Positions 35,379 through 45,741 of a DNA stretch of 64,000 bases are shown in pieces. Position 1 is the first letter of the stretch; each line of letters opens with the position of its first letter. Source of the DNA: Betaproteobacteria bacterium. Its GTDB lineage: Bacteria; Pseudomonadota; Gammaproteobacteria; Burkholderiales; JACQAP01. The stretch covers positions 1,713-65,712 of the forward strand of contig JANNTE010000027.1 of NCBI GenBank assembly GCA_031403365.1. The letters are read 5' to 3'. Both the position numbers and the translations under genes were made by a program. The notes under the pieces were generated by a model. That model was not told the origin of the DNA and made no database searches. It was given only the letters and a program-made list of their open reading frames with translations.

Positions 35379-36297
35379 GGCGGTGCCTGCGCGCTTCGGA
35401 GTACATCATCGGTACCACCACGGCAACCACCGTCAGCAGCATCATCATGGAAGCGGCGGCGCCCAGACCGATCTGATTGCGATTGAAGGCAAACGTGTAA
35501 ACGAAGATCGCCGGCAGATCAGAGGAGAAGCCCGGCCCGCCTCCAGTAAGCGCCATTACCAGATCGAAGCTCTTGATGGCGATGTGGGCGAGAATAATCA
35601 GCGCACTGAAGAACACCGGCCGCAGCGACGGGATGATGATGCGGATATAGATGCGCACCGGACCGGCGCCGTCCACCTGGGCAGCCTTGATGATGGAGTC
35701 GTCGACGCCGCGCAAGCCCGCCAGAAACAAGGCCATGACGAAGCCGGTTGACTGCCAGGCCCCGGCGATCACCACCGCATAGATCGACATGCCGGGCGTG
35801 ACGATCCAGTCGAAGGTAAAGGTCTCGAAACCCCATTGACGCATCAGATGCTCGAAACCCAGGCCGGGATTCAGAATCCAGCGCCAGACGGTCCCGGTGA
35901 CGATGAAGGAAAGCGCCATCGGGTAAAGATAAACCGCGCGCAGGAAACCTTCCGCGCGAACTCGCTGGTCGAGCAGGATCGCCATCAACAGGCCGGTTAG
36001 CATGCTCACGCCGATAAACAGGCTGGCGAACACGCCGAGATTGCCCAGAGCCGTCCACCAGCGTTCGTTATTAAACAGCGCGATGTATTGGACCAGTCCC
36101 GCGAATTCATAGCGCGGCAACAACCTGGATTCGGTTACCGATAGCCAGGCCGTCCAGAGAATGAAGCCGTAGACAAACAGAAGTGAACACAGCAGCGTCG
36201 GCCCCAGCACAATTTTCGGCAGGGCGGCTTCGACACGATCGCGCCAGCTTTCGCCAGGATGACGCTCCGCCGCGCCTGCAGCGAGTGACGTATTCAC
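35371..36297 (-). CDS. Carbohydrate ABC transporter permease (MalF/UgpA-like)
   Basis: 308 aa with the EAA loop DDSIIKAAQVDGAGPVRIYIRIIIP. It overlaps the downstream permease by 8 nt. Confidence 0.9.
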   Translation of the reverse strand: MNTSLAAGAAERHPGESWRDRVEAALPKIVLGPTLLCSLLFVYGFILWTAWLSVTESRLLPRYEFAGLVQYIALFNNERWWTALGNLGVFASLFIGVSMLTGLLMAILLDQRVRAEGFLRAVYLYPMALSFIVTGTVWRWILNPGLGFEHLMRQWGFETFTFDWIVTPGMSIYAVVIAGAWQSTGFVMALFLAGLRGVDDSIIKAAQVDGAGPVRIYIRIIIPSLRPVFFSALIILAHIAIKSFDLVMALTGGGPGFSSDLPAIFVYTFAFNRNQIGLGAAASMMMLLTVVAVVVPMMYSEARRHRRG

Positions 36298-36370
36298 CTA
36301 TGCCTCATCCGGACGGAGTCTGTAGCGGGGTTCGGGACGGCGGGTGCGCCGTCCCGGGTTTACGCTGTGC

Positions 36371-37630
36371 CTACATCTTCTTACCGGCCAGCGCCATTTT
36401 TTCCGCGGCGGCGGCAGGTGTCATTGCCGGGGTGTTGATGAAAGCGGTAATGACATCGAACATCGCGCCCTTGTTAGCCGGCGGCATCGCCATTTCATGC
36501 GCCCAACTCGGCACCAGTCCTCCGCTCTTGGCGGCGGAAGCAAACTCCGCTGCGGAGTCTTTCGCGCACTGATCGAATTTGTCCATGCTCATGCCCATGC
36601 GAACCGGAATCGAACCCTTGTTGAGGTTAAACACCTCCTGGAATTGCGGCTCCATGATGGCGGCAGCCAAATGGGCTTGCGCGGTTTTCGCGCCGGCATC
36701 CTTCTGCGCGAACATGATGAAACTGTCGATGTTGAAAGTAAACGCTCCCTTGGTGCCCGGTGCCGGCATGCAGATGTAGTCCTTGCCCGGCGATTTTTTC
36801 GCGGCAGTGAATTCACCCTTGGCCCAGTCGCCCATGAACTGCATGGCGGCCTTGCCGTTGATCACCATGGCCGTGGCCAGATTCCAGTCGCGGTTGGCGG
36901 CATCCTTGTCGATATATTTCTGCACCGTGCGCAGCGTTGTGAAGGCCTTGACCATGTTGGGGCTGTTTAACGCCTTCGAATCCAGGCCGACAAAGGCATC
37001 GCGATACCACTTCGCTCCGCCTACACCCAGCGCCACGGACTCGAACACCGTGGCGTCCTGCCAGGGCTGACCTCCGTGTGCGACAGCGATGAATCCAGCC
37101 TTCTGGATTTTCTCCGCCGCGGTTGCAAACTCGTCCCAAGTGGTCGGAATGCTGGCACCGGCTTTCTTGAATACATCAGGGTTCGCCCACATCCAGTTCA
37201 CCCGATGCACATTGACTGGTACCGCCACGTAGTTGCCCTTGTATTTCATGACATCGCTCACAACCGGAGGCAGCAGGCTGTCCCACTTGCCAGCTTTGGC
37301 GGTGTCGTCCAGATTGGCGAGAACGCCCTCTCTCGCCCACTCTTGTATTCCCGGGCCCTTGACTTGCGCCGCAGTGGGTGGCTTGCCCGAAACGACGCGC
37401 GATTTGAGCACAGTCATCGCTGTTTCTCCACCGCCTCCGGCGACGGCGAAGTCTTTCCACTTGTCGCCTTTGCTCTCCAGAATTTTCTTCAGTTCGCCCA
37501 CCGACTTGGCTTCGCCGCCCGAGGTCCACCAATGCAGGACCTCCACTTCGCCTGCCACTGCTGAACCGCCAAGCCCCAGCCCTAAAGCAAGGGCCGCCAC
37601 AATCCTGCTTTTGCCTGTGAATTTTCTCAT
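36371..37630 (-). CDS. Sugar ABC transporter periplasmic substrate-binding protein (glucose/mannose GtsA-like)
   Basis: 419 aa with a signal peptide followed by EVEVLHWWTSGGEAK, as in cluster-1 sugar-binding proteins. It is the first gene of the 4-gene importer operon. Confidence 0.85.
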   Translation of the reverse strand: MRKFTGKSRIVAALALGLGLGGSAVAGEVEVLHWWTSGGEAKSVGELKKILESKGDKWKDFAVAGGGGETAMTVLKSRVVSGKPPTAAQVKGPGIQEWAREGVLANLDDTAKAGKWDSLLPPVVSDVMKYKGNYVAVPVNVHRVNWMWANPDVFKKAGASIPTTWDEFATAAEKIQKAGFIAVAHGGQPWQDATVFESVALGVGGAKWYRDAFVGLDSKALNSPNMVKAFTTLRTVQKYIDKDAANRDWNLATAMVINGKAAMQFMGDWAKGEFTAAKKSPGKDYICMPAPGTKGAFTFNIDSFIMFAQKDAGAKTAQAHLAAAIMEPQFQEVFNLNKGSIPVRMGMSMDKFDQCAKDSAAEFASAAKSGGLVPSWAHEMAMPPANKGAMFDVITAFINTPAMTPAAAAEKMALAGKKM

Positions 37631-37861
37631 TTGCCACTCCTCCAGAAATTTATGGTCACTTCCAGTTTGTCATGCGCCCAGGCCGACCGACCGCTAACTG
37701 TGCCGCATGCAGGCCAAGAACGTATTGAAGTCTACAGAATAAGCTCGAATAGAGAGCAAGCGAATTGACCTGGATCAAGCCGACTTACTCGCGGGGCTGT
37801 CGTCCCGATCAGGAAAACAAGTAAAATCCACCGTATTCAAGGTCACTGGAGCGGTTCCATT

Positions 37862-38875
37862 ATGACGATTCGCGTTGCAATCAACGGCTATGGTCGCATC
37901 GGCCGCAACATCCTGCGGGCGCACTACGAAGGCGGCAAAAAGCACGATCTTCAGATCGTCGCCATCAATGACCTGGGCGATGCCAATATCAATGCCCACC
38001 TCACCAAATATGACACCGCCCATGGAAAATTCCCCGGCACCGTGGCCGTGGAAGGCGACAGTCTGGTCGTCAACGGCGACAGGATCAAAGTCTGCGCGCA
38101 GCGTAACCCGGCAGAACTGCCCTGGAAGGCGCTCAATGTCGACGTGGTACTGGAGTGCACCGGATTGTTCACCAGCAAGGCCAAGGCCGGCGCGCATCTC
38201 ACTGCCGGCGCAAAGAAAGTCATCATCTCCGCCCCTGGCGACAAGGATGTCGACGCGACCGTCGTGCAAGGCGTCAATCATGGGATTCTCAAAGCCTCGC
38301 ATACGGTAATTTCAAACGCCAGTTGCACCACGAATTGCCTGGCACCGCTGGTCAAGGCGCTTCATGACCGCATAGGCGTGGTCAGCGGATTGATGACCAC
38401 GATACATTCCTATACCAACGATCAGGTCCTGACCGATGTCTACCACACCGATCTTCGTCGCGCGCGTTCTGCGACCATGTCCATGATTCCGACCAAGACC
38501 GGTGCTGCTGCCGCAGTCGGGCTGGTGCTGCCGGAATTGAACGGCAAACTGGATGGTTACGCGATGCGCGTACCGACCATTAATGTCTCGATTGTCGATT
38601 TATGTTTTGTCGCCAGGCGCGCAACCAGCGTCGAGGAAGTCAACAACTCGGTCAGACAGGCCGCAGAGACCGACTTGAAGGGAATTCTCGAGTACAGCAA
38701 GGATCAATTGGTTTCGATCGACTTCAACCACAATCCGGCGTCGTCGATTTTCGACTCGACCCTGACCAAGGTTTCCGACGGCACCCTGGTCAAAGTCTGC
38801 TCCTGGTACGACAACGAGTGGGGTTTCAGCAATCGCATGCTCGACACCACGCTTGCGTTAATGAACGCGAAATAG
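37862..38875 (+). CDS. gap: Glyceraldehyde-3-phosphate dehydrogenase (type I)
   Basis: 337 aa with [16 protein letters not shown], the catalytic [12 protein letters not shown] and [11 protein letters not shown]. Confidence 0.96.
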   Translation: MTIRVAINGYGRIGRNILRAHYEGGKKHDLQIVAINDLGDANINAHLTKYDTAHGKFPGTVAVEGDSLVVNGDRIKVCAQRNPAELPWKALNVDVVLECTGLFTSKAKAGAHLTAGAKKVIISAPGDKDVDATVVQGVNHGILKASHTVISNASCTTNCLAPLVKALHDRIGVVSGLMTTIHSYTNDQVLTDVYHTDLRRARSATMSMIPTKTGAAAAVGLVLPELNGKLDGYAMRVPTINVSIVDLCFVARRATSVEEVNNSVRQAAETDLKGILEYSKDQLVSIDFNHNPASSIFDSTLTKVSDGTLVKVCSWYDNEWGFSNRMLDTTLALMNAK

Positions 38876-38890
38876 CCGAAGTGTTTGATT

Positions 38891-38929
38891 ACAGGGCACA
38901 GAGAGCACAGATTTGTCTCTGTGCCCTGT
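38891..38929 (+). other. Perfect 14-bp-stem hairpin between gap and pgk
   Basis: ACAGGGCACAGAGA (38891-38904) and TCTCTGTGCCCTGT (38916-38929) are exact reverse complements around an 11-nt loop. Only a short GCTTTCC follows, so it is not a classical T-tract terminator. Confidence 0.6.
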
Positions 38930-38969
38930 GCTTTCCGGAACCGGTAATCCTGTTGATCGAATTGACGCC

Positions 38970-40151
38970 ATGACCATCCTGCGCATGACTGATCTCGAAC
39001 TGCGTGGCAAGCGCGTGTTCATTCGTGCCGACCTCAATGTGCCACAGGACGAGGCTGGGAACATTACCGACGATGCCAGGATTCGCGCGTCCGTTCCCGC
39101 ATTGCGTCAGGCACTCCAGGCCGGCGCCGCAGTCATGGTCACTTCACATCTGGGCCGGCCCACCGAAGGGGCGTTCAAACCCGCAGACTCGCTGGCACCG
39201 GTGGCGCGACGCATGTCCGAACTGCTCGGCATGTCGGTCCCGCTGAAGGCGAATTGGATCGATGGCGTCGACGTCAACCCGGGTCAGGTGGTGATGCTGG
39301 AAAATTGTCGCGTCAACAAAGGTGAAAAGAAGAACGACGAAGCGCTGGCCAAAAAAATGGCGGCGCTTTGCGATGTCTATGTGAATGATGCTTTCGGAAC
39401 CGCGCACCGGGCCGAAGCAAGCACTCACGGCATCGCCAGGTTCGCACCGGTAGCCTGCGCCGGGCCGCTGATGATGGCTGAGCTCAATGCACTGGGCAAG
39501 GCGCTGCGGGAACCCAGACGCCCGCTAATTGCGATTGTCGCCGGCTCGAAAGTTTCCACCAAGCTCACCATTCTTGGCGAGCTGGCAAAAAAGGTGGATC
39601 AGTTAATCGTCGGCGGTGGTATTGCCAATACCTTCATGCTGGCCTCGGGCCTGCCCATTGGCAAATCGCTGGCAGAGCCCGAACTGGTCGGCGAAGCCAG
39701 GAACATCATGGCAATCATCAAAGCAAAAGGCGGCATCGTGCCGATCCCGCTGGACGTGGTTTGCGCCAAGACTTTTGCAGCGGACGCCCAAGCCACCGTG
39801 AAAGCGGCTCAGGATGTCGCGGCGGACGACCTGATTCTGGATATCGGGCCGAAGACCGCTGCCCAGCTCGCTGCCCAGCTCGGCAAGGCGGGAACCATTG
39901 TCTGGAACGGTCCGGTCGGGGTATTCGAATTCGATCGCTTCGGCGAGGGAACGAAGATTCTGGCACAGGCAATAGCCGGTTCTGCCGCATTCTCGATTGC
40001 CGGCGGAGGTGATACCGTTGCTGCCATTGCCAAGTACGGAATCACCGAAAAAATAAGCTACATTTCCACCGGCGGCGGTGCCTTTCTTGAGTTTCTGGAG
40101 GGTAAGAAACTGCCTGCCGTTGAAATTCTCGAAATCCGCGCCGCTGGCTGA
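38970..40151 (+). CDS. pgk: Phosphoglycerate kinase
   Basis: 393 aa from ATG 38970 ([25 protein letters not shown]), with FGTAHRA and [14 protein letters not shown]. The track start at 38913 lies inside the hairpin region. Confidence 0.95.
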   Translation: MTILRMTDLELRGKRVFIRADLNVPQDEAGNITDDARIRASVPALRQALQAGAAVMVTSHLGRPTEGAFKPADSLAPVARRMSELLGMSVPLKANWIDGVDVNPGQVVMLENCRVNKGEKKNDEALAKKMAALCDVYVNDAFGTAHRAEASTHGIARFAPVACAGPLMMAELNALGKALREPRRPLIAIVAGSKVSTKLTILGELAKKVDQLIVGGGIANTFMLASGLPIGKSLAEPELVGEARNIMAIIKAKGGIVPIPLDVVCAKTFAADAQATVKAAQDVAADDLILDIGPKTAAQLAAQLGKAGTIVWNGPVGVFEFDRFGEGTKILAQAIAGSAAFSIAGGGDTVAAIAKYGITEKISYISTGGGAFLEFLEGKKLPAVEILEIRAAG

Positions 40152-40175
40152 CAGTCCCCGGAACCCATATCAACC

Positions 40176-41609
40176 ATGCAAAGAAGCACCAAAATCGTCG
40201 CAACACTTGGTCCGGCTTCAACGGACCGTGTGGTATTGACACGCATGATCGCCGCCGGAGTCGACGTCGTGCGCATGAATTTTTCCCATGGCACAGGCGA
40301 GGAACATCTTGCGCGCGCCGAGATGGTGCGCGAGGTCGCGCGTAGTCTTGAGCGCACTGTGGGCATCATGTGCGACTTGCAGGGGCCCAAGATCCGCATT
40401 GGCAAGTTCGAGGGCGGAAAAGTCACCTTGAACAACGGCGAACCCTTTACCCTGGATGCCGATTGCGCGATGGGCAATCAGCATCAGGTCGGACTCGACT
40501 ACAAGGAACTGCCGCGTGATGTCACTGCAGGAGCCGTGCTGCTGCTCGATGACGGTCGATTGGTGCTCGACGTCCAGAAAGTCCAGGGCAACCGTATCAT
40601 CACCACTGTTCGCGTCGGCGGCGTACTGTCGAACAACAAGGGGATCAACCGCCAGGGCGGAGGGTTGACCGCTCCGGCGCTGACTGCGAAGGACATGGAG
40701 GACATAAAGACTTCGGTCATCATGAAAGCCGATTTCCTGGCGGTTTCTTTCCCGAAAAGCGGGGCCGATATGTATATGGCCCGTGAACTGATGCGGGCCG
40801 CGGGCGGCAAATCGATGCTGATCGCGAAAATGGAACGCACCGAAGCCATCGTGGCGATGGACGAGATCCTGGATTCCTGCGACGGCATCATGGTCGCGCG
40901 CGGCGATCTCGCGGTGGAAGTCGGCGACGCGGCGGTGCCGGCACTGCAGAAACGCATGATTCGCCGGGCGCGCGAACGCAACAAGCACACCATTACCGCC
41001 ACCCAGATGATGGAATCCATGATTTCGAGCCCGGTGCCGACCCGGGCAGAAGTATCGGATGTCGCCAATGCCGTACTGGATGGCACCGATGCAGTCATGT
41101 TGTCGGCGGAGACCGCGAGCGGGAAATTTCCGGTGGAAACCGTCGAGTCGATGGCGCGCATCTGCCTGGAGGCCGAGAAGTCCGACGATTTCACGCTTGA
41201 CCGGGAATTCCTGAACCGGGTTTTTACGCGCGTCGACCAGTCCATCGCCATGGCAGCGTTGTTCACCGCCTATCACCTTAAAGTCAAGGCCATCGCGACA
41301 CTGACGCAATCCGGTTCGACAGCGCTGTGGATTTCGCGGTTAAACTGCGGCGTGCCGATCTATGCGTTGACGCCGGAAATTTCCACGCGCTACCGCCTGA
41401 GTCTGTTCCGCGACGTCTATCCGTTGATGATCAAGTATATTGGCCACGACCGCGATCACCTGTTGCAGGAAGCAGAAGACCAGTTGATCGGTGCCGGGCT
41501 GGTGCAGAACGGCGATTTGATCGTGATTGCTTTCGGCGAGCCGATCGGATCTCCCGGCGGCACCAACACCATGAAAATAGTGAAGGTCGGCGAGAGCCGC
41601 AGGCCTTGA
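40176..41609 (+). CDS. pyk: Pyruvate kinase
   Basis: 477 aa with MQRSTKIVATLGPAS...RMNFSHG...MVARGDLAVE...ATQMMESM. Confidence 0.96.
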   Translation: MQRSTKIVATLGPASTDRVVLTRMIAAGVDVVRMNFSHGTGEEHLARAEMVREVARSLERTVGIMCDLQGPKIRIGKFEGGKVTLNNGEPFTLDADCAMGNQHQVGLDYKELPRDVTAGAVLLLDDGRLVLDVQKVQGNRIITTVRVGGVLSNNKGINRQGGGLTAPALTAKDMEDIKTSVIMKADFLAVSFPKSGADMYMARELMRAAGGKSMLIAKMERTEAIVAMDEILDSCDGIMVARGDLAVEVGDAAVPALQKRMIRRARERNKHTITATQMMESMISSPVPTRAEVSDVANAVLDGTDAVMLSAETASGKFPVETVESMARICLEAEKSDDFTLDREFLNRVFTRVDQSIAMAALFTAYHLKVKAIATLTQSGSTALWISRLNCGVPIYALTPEISTRYRLSLFRDVYPLMIKYIGHDRDHLLQEAEDQLIGAGLVQNGDLIVIAFGEPIGSPGGTNTMKIVKVGESRRP

Positions 41610-41946
41610 CAGTGTTATCGCAAAACCTTTATCAGTTTGAAGCTCGAGCCGGAATTTCAGGGGCCATGCCAACCATGAATGGAGCCGTCGGGTTCAGGCA
41701 TGGCGGGCCGGATATGGCCCGGAGTCCCGGTTTGAACATCATCGGCCTTGCCGCAACCGTAGCAGGCTGCCACAGAGTGACGCTGAAGGTGGTTAAAGTA
41801 AGGCGCGCCCTGGCCGGCCTTTGCTACAACTTGGGCGAATTGCTCCGGCACTTTCGGTCTTCGGAGGCGGTTGTCCGTATCGTAAAGCGCGAAAAACCGC
41901 AATCGCGCCGGTAACTGGCGGCCAGAGCTTGAGCACACGCGCCTCA

Positions 41947-42486
41947 TTGAAACGACAGAAACCCCGTCCGCTGGTCGGGGTTGTCATGGGCAGCGACAGC
42001 GACTGGGCTGTCATGCAGCATGCGGCACAGATGCTCGACATGTTTTCCGTACCCTACGAAGCGAAGGTGGTGTCGGCGCATCGCACGCCGGATACCATGT
42101 TCGACTACGCTGAACAGGCTGCAGTGCGCGGCTTGCGTTGCATCATCGCCGGAGCCGGCGGTTCGGCGCATCTGCCGGGCATGATTGCATCCAAGACCGC
42201 GGTTCCGGTATTGGGTGTTCCGGTCATTTCAAGGGCATTGCAGGGCCTCGACTCGCTGTTGTCCATCGTGCAGATGCCGCGCGGCATTCCGGTTGCAACC
42301 TTTGCCATCGGCGAAGCGGGCGCGGCAAACGCCGGGCTGTTTGCCATCGCGCTGCTCGCGGCCCAGGATCCGGCGCTTGCCGCAAGGCTGGTGAATTACC
42401 GTCGCGAGTTGTCCGCGAAAGTGAAGGCAATGAAACTTCCGCCTGCACCATCGACCGGCAAACCGCCAGCGCGATCGAAAAAATGA
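41947..42486 (+). CDS. purE: 5-(carboxyamino)imidazole ribonucleotide mutase
   Basis: 179 aa if started at TTG 41947 ([20 protein letters not shown]), which matches the usual spacing before the VMGSxSDW motif. It also has SAHRTP and [10 protein letters not shown]. The track start at 41821 is an unlikely extension. Confidence 0.9.
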   Translation: MKRQKPRPLVGVVMGSDSDWAVMQHAAQMLDMFSVPYEAKVVSAHRTPDTMFDYAEQAAVRGLRCIIAGAGGSAHLPGMIASKTAVPVLGVPVISRALQGLDSLLSIVQMPRGIPVATFAIGEAGAANAGLFAIALLAAQDPALAARLVNYRRELSAKVKAMKLPPAPSTGKPPARSKK

Positions 42487-43643
42487 TTGCTCCGGGTTCC
42501 TGGCTGGGACTGCTTGGTGGCGGCCAGCTTGGCCGAATGTTCACCATGGCCGCGCAAAGCATGGGCTATAAGGTCATGGTGCTCGACCCGGGCGCCCACA
42601 GTCCGGCCGGCAGCGTGGCCGACGATCACCTGCGGGCCGACTATCTCGACCGGGGCGCGTTACGGGAAATGGCATCGCGCTGTGCGGCGGTCACGACCGA
42701 GTTTGAGAACGTTCCGGCCGAGAGCCTCGCGTTTCTGGCTAAGGACGTGGTCGTCAGCCCGGCGGCTGCCGCGGTTGCCGTGGCGCAGGATCGAATTCGT
42801 GAGAAGACCTTCCTCCGCGAGGGCGGTGCCGCTGTCGCGCCGTTTGCCGTGATCAACAATGAGCATGATCTGCGTGATGCGCGCCTGCTGGCGCTTCTGC
42901 CCGGCATCCTCAAGATCGCGCGCCTCGGTTACGACGGCAAGGGGCAGGTGCGTGTGGCGACGCCGGAGGATTTACGCGGCGCGTTCGCCGATCTTGGCAA
43001 CCGCCCTTGTGTGCTGGAAAAATTCCTCGATCTGGAACGCGAGATTTCCGTGGTAGTCGCACGCGGGTTCGATAACAGCGTGGCCACCTTTCCGGTTTCG
43101 GAAAACCAGCACGCCGGCGGTATTCTTGACCTCAGCATGATCCCCGCCCGGGTTTCACTGCAACTTGTTGAGGCCGCTCGCAGCGTGACGATCGAAGTTG
43201 CGCAACGCCTCGATTACCGGGGCGTGCTCTGCGTCGAATTCTTCGTGCTGCGCGACGGCCAGCTGATGGTAAATGAAATCGCGCCGCGCCCGCACAACAG
43301 CGGGCATTACAGTATCGATGCCTGCGTGACTTCGCAGTTTGAACAACAGGTGCGCGTGCTTTGCGGCCTGCCGCTGGGCGATACCGCGGCACACTGCCCT
43401 TCGGTCATGGTCAACCTTTTGGGCGAGATGTGGGCCGCCGGCGAGCCGCGTTGGGAACATGTGCTGCGTCATCCCCGCGCCAAACTTCATCTTTACGGCA
43501 AGACTGGAGCCAAACCCGGCCGCAAAATGGGACATTTCACCGTGCTTGCGGACAACGTCGAGCAAGCACTCGCAGCGGCAACCCTGATCAAGGCTGACTT
43601 GCTGGCGGATGTGCGGGCCGCGCGCTCCGCGAGCGCTGCATAG
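42483..43643 (+). CDS. purK: 5-(carboxyamino)imidazole ribonucleotide synthase
   Basis: 386 aa from ATG 42483 ([19 protein letters not shown]), with an ATP-grasp fold. It has an ATGA overlap with the purE stop. The 501-aa track ORF is an in-frame upstream extension across purE. Confidence 0.93.
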   Translation: MIAPGSWLGLLGGGQLGRMFTMAAQSMGYKVMVLDPGAHSPAGSVADDHLRADYLDRGALREMASRCAAVTTEFENVPAESLAFLAKDVVVSPAAAAVAVAQDRIREKTFLREGGAAVAPFAVINNEHDLRDARLLALLPGILKIARLGYDGKGQVRVATPEDLRGAFADLGNRPCVLEKFLDLEREISVVVARGFDNSVATFPVSENQHAGGILDLSMIPARVSLQLVEAARSVTIEVAQRLDYRGVLCVEFFVLRDGQLMVNEIAPRPHNSGHYSIDACVTSQFEQQVRVLCGLPLGDTAAHCPSVMVNLLGEMWAAGEPRWEHVLRHPRAKLHLYGKTGAKPGRKMGHFTVLADNVEQALAAATLIKADLLADVRAARSASAA

Positions 43644-43661
43644 ATCTGGAGATAATCTGGC

Positions 43662-44549
43662 GTGGAACAACTCCCATCCGTCCTTGAAACCAGCCTCAAA
43701 TCGCTGAAGTTCCTTCATCGCGGCAAGGTACGAGACATCTATGCCGTGGACGCCGAGCGCCTGTTGATTGTTCAGACTGACCGCCTTTCCGCCTTTGATG
43801 TCATCCTGCCCGACCCGATACCCGGAAAAGGGCGCGTGCTGACCGCCATGTCCAATTTCTGGTTCCGCAAATTGCGGCATGTGATTGCGAACCATCTGCT
43901 GGACGAGGCCCCGGAGTCCTTGGTTGCTCCTGAAGAGCGGGAACAAGTTGCAGGCAGGGCGTTCGTGGTCCGCAAGCTCAAGCCGTTGCCCATCGAGGCC
44001 ATCGTGCGCGGTTACGTTGCCGGCTCCGGATGGAAGGACTATCAGAAAACCGGAATGATCTGCGGGATCGTACTGCCACCCGGTCTTCAGGAAGCGCAAC
44101 AGTTGTCGCAACCGCTGTTTACCCCGTCGACAAAGGCGGCGATGGGCAGTCACGACGAGAATATTTCCTTTGCGGAAATGGAGAAAATCATGGATCCCTT
44201 GCTCGCCGCCCAGGTGCGCGACAAGACGATTCAGCTCTATTGCGAAGCTGCAGCTTACGCGGCGACTCGTGGCATCATCATCGCCGATACCAAATTCGAG
44301 TTCGGTCAGGATCAGGCTGGCAAACTGTATCTGATCGACGAAGCGCTGACGCCCGATTCGTCGCGCTTCTGGCCCAGCGAGCACTATCGCGCCGGCAGCA
44401 ATCCGCCTTCATTTGACAAACAGTTTGTGCGCGACTGGCTGGAGGCCCAGAAGTGGGACAAGCGTCCACCGGCACCGGTATTGCCTGCCGAAGTATTGCG
44501 CAAAACTGCCGAAAAATATGAAGAAGCGCTAAGACTTCTGACCGCGTGA
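43662..44549 (+). CDS. purC: Phosphoribosylaminoimidazole-succinocarboxamide (SAICAR) synthase, long form
   Basis: 295 aa with [10 protein letters not shown]...DRLSAFDV...[10 protein letters not shown]. Confidence 0.94.
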   Translation: MEQLPSVLETSLKSLKFLHRGKVRDIYAVDAERLLIVQTDRLSAFDVILPDPIPGKGRVLTAMSNFWFRKLRHVIANHLLDEAPESLVAPEEREQVAGRAFVVRKLKPLPIEAIVRGYVAGSGWKDYQKTGMICGIVLPPGLQEAQQLSQPLFTPSTKAAMGSHDENISFAEMEKIMDPLLAAQVRDKTIQLYCEAAAYAATRGIIIADTKFEFGQDQAGKLYLIDEALTPDSSRFWPSEHYRAGSNPPSFDKQFVRDWLEAQKWDKRPPAPVLPAEVLRKTAEKYEEALRLLTA

Positions 44550-44616
44550 CTTCGTGCCACCGATGGCAAGACCTCCAGACGCATGACCTTCCTGAGAATC
44601 CCCCGTTTCTAATCAA

Positions 44617-45630
44617 GTGACAATTGATCGCGAAACAGAAATTGCGGCACAGATCCTGCGCGACGGCGGGCTGGTGGCGTTTCCCACGGAAACGGTTTAC
44701 GGACTCGGTGCCGATGCCTCAAATCCGGCGGCGGTGCGAAAAATATTTGTCGCCAAACGACGACCTTCCGACCATCCGGTCATCGTGCATATCGCTGACG
44801 CAAGCGAATTGAAGCACTGGGCGGCGCAGGTACCGAATGCCGCCTGGGTGCTTGCGGAGAAATTCTGGCCTGGGCCGCTGACCCTGGTGTTGAAGCGCGC
44901 CGGGCACGTCAGCGATCTCATTACCGGCGGGCAGGATACGGTGGCTGTGCGGGTACCTTCGCATCCCCTTGCCAGGCAACTGCTGAAAGCATTCGGCGGC
45001 GGGATCGCGGCGCCCTCGGCCAACTCATATGGGCGGCTTTCGCCCACCACTGCGCAACATGTGGTCGAAGAGCTTGGTGATGCAGTTGATCTTGTGCTCG
45101 ACGGCGGCCCATGTGCCGTCGGCATAGAGTCGACCATAGTTGATTTGTCTGGCGCTCAACCCTCGATACTGCGTCCGGGCGAGATCAGCGCCGCTCAGAT
45201 TGAACAGGCTCTCTCGGTGACGCTGGGGGTACTCAGTACGGAGTCGCCCAGGGTGCCCGGGGCTCTGGCCACGCATTATGCGCCGCGCACCGCGCTCGCC
45301 CTGATCCATGACCAGGACGTCGAGAGCTTTGTAGAAGGACGGGCGCCCGGCGTCGCCGTCGCCGTGCTGGCAAGACGGAGCCGGCCGCGAAACTCCCGGG
45401 CGGCGCTTTGGCAGGTGGCCCCGCAATCAGCGAGCGAATATGCGCAACATTTGTATGCTCTGCTGCGCCGGATGGACAGCGCGGGATGCGCGCTTATTGT
45501 TGTAGAATCGCCGCCCGACCTGCCGGACTGGGCGGCGGTGCGGGATCGTCTTCAGCGTGCCGCAGCCGCAGCCACTGCGCACGCGCAGATTGTGCCCTCA
45601 GGCGTGCCAAAGCGCTCTACCGGGAATTGA
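44617..45630 (+). CDS. tsaC: L-threonylcarbamoyladenylate synthase (Sua5/YrdC/YwlC type, two-domain)
   Basis: 337 aa with a YrdC domain (VAFPTETVYGLGADA...KRRPSDHPVIVHI) plus a Sua5 C-terminal domain. Confidence 0.9.
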   Translation: MTIDRETEIAAQILRDGGLVAFPTETVYGLGADASNPAAVRKIFVAKRRPSDHPVIVHIADASELKHWAAQVPNAAWVLAEKFWPGPLTLVLKRAGHVSDLITGGQDTVAVRVPSHPLARQLLKAFGGGIAAPSANSYGRLSPTTAQHVVEELGDAVDLVLDGGPCAVGIESTIVDLSGAQPSILRPGEISAAQIEQALSVTLGVLSTESPRVPGALATHYAPRTALALIHDQDVESFVEGRAPGVAVAVLARRSRPRNSRAALWQVAPQSASEYAQHLYALLRRMDSAGCALIVVESPPDLPDWAAVRDRLQRAAAAATAHAQIVPSGVPKRSTGN

Positions 45631-45741
45631 CCAGCCAGCGGGTATTTTGCCTGTGCCCCGGGAATGCATTCGAGGCATGGATCTTGCCATGAGTTAATTG
45701 CCGTGCGACCTACTTTTCGAAATTTCGTCAAAGGCGGAGAA

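Noticed and set aside
41610-41946. A remnant of a class II fructose-bisphosphate aldolase gene in the pyk-purE gap
   Set aside because: None of the six-frame translations I read resembles FBA sequence as I remember it. The scar hypothesis remains possible at the DNA level but is unsupported by any visible protein similarity.
41880-41990. Possible ZTP (pfl) or other purine riboswitch upstream of purE, prompted by an ACTGGCGG string at about 41912-41919
   Set aside because: I could not find the rest of the motif. No matching P1/P2 helices are evident. The only CCGC..TGG-like 3' element falls inside the purE coding region and deviates from CCGCCTGGGC. The idea is left for an Infernal scan under the 41610-41946 finding.
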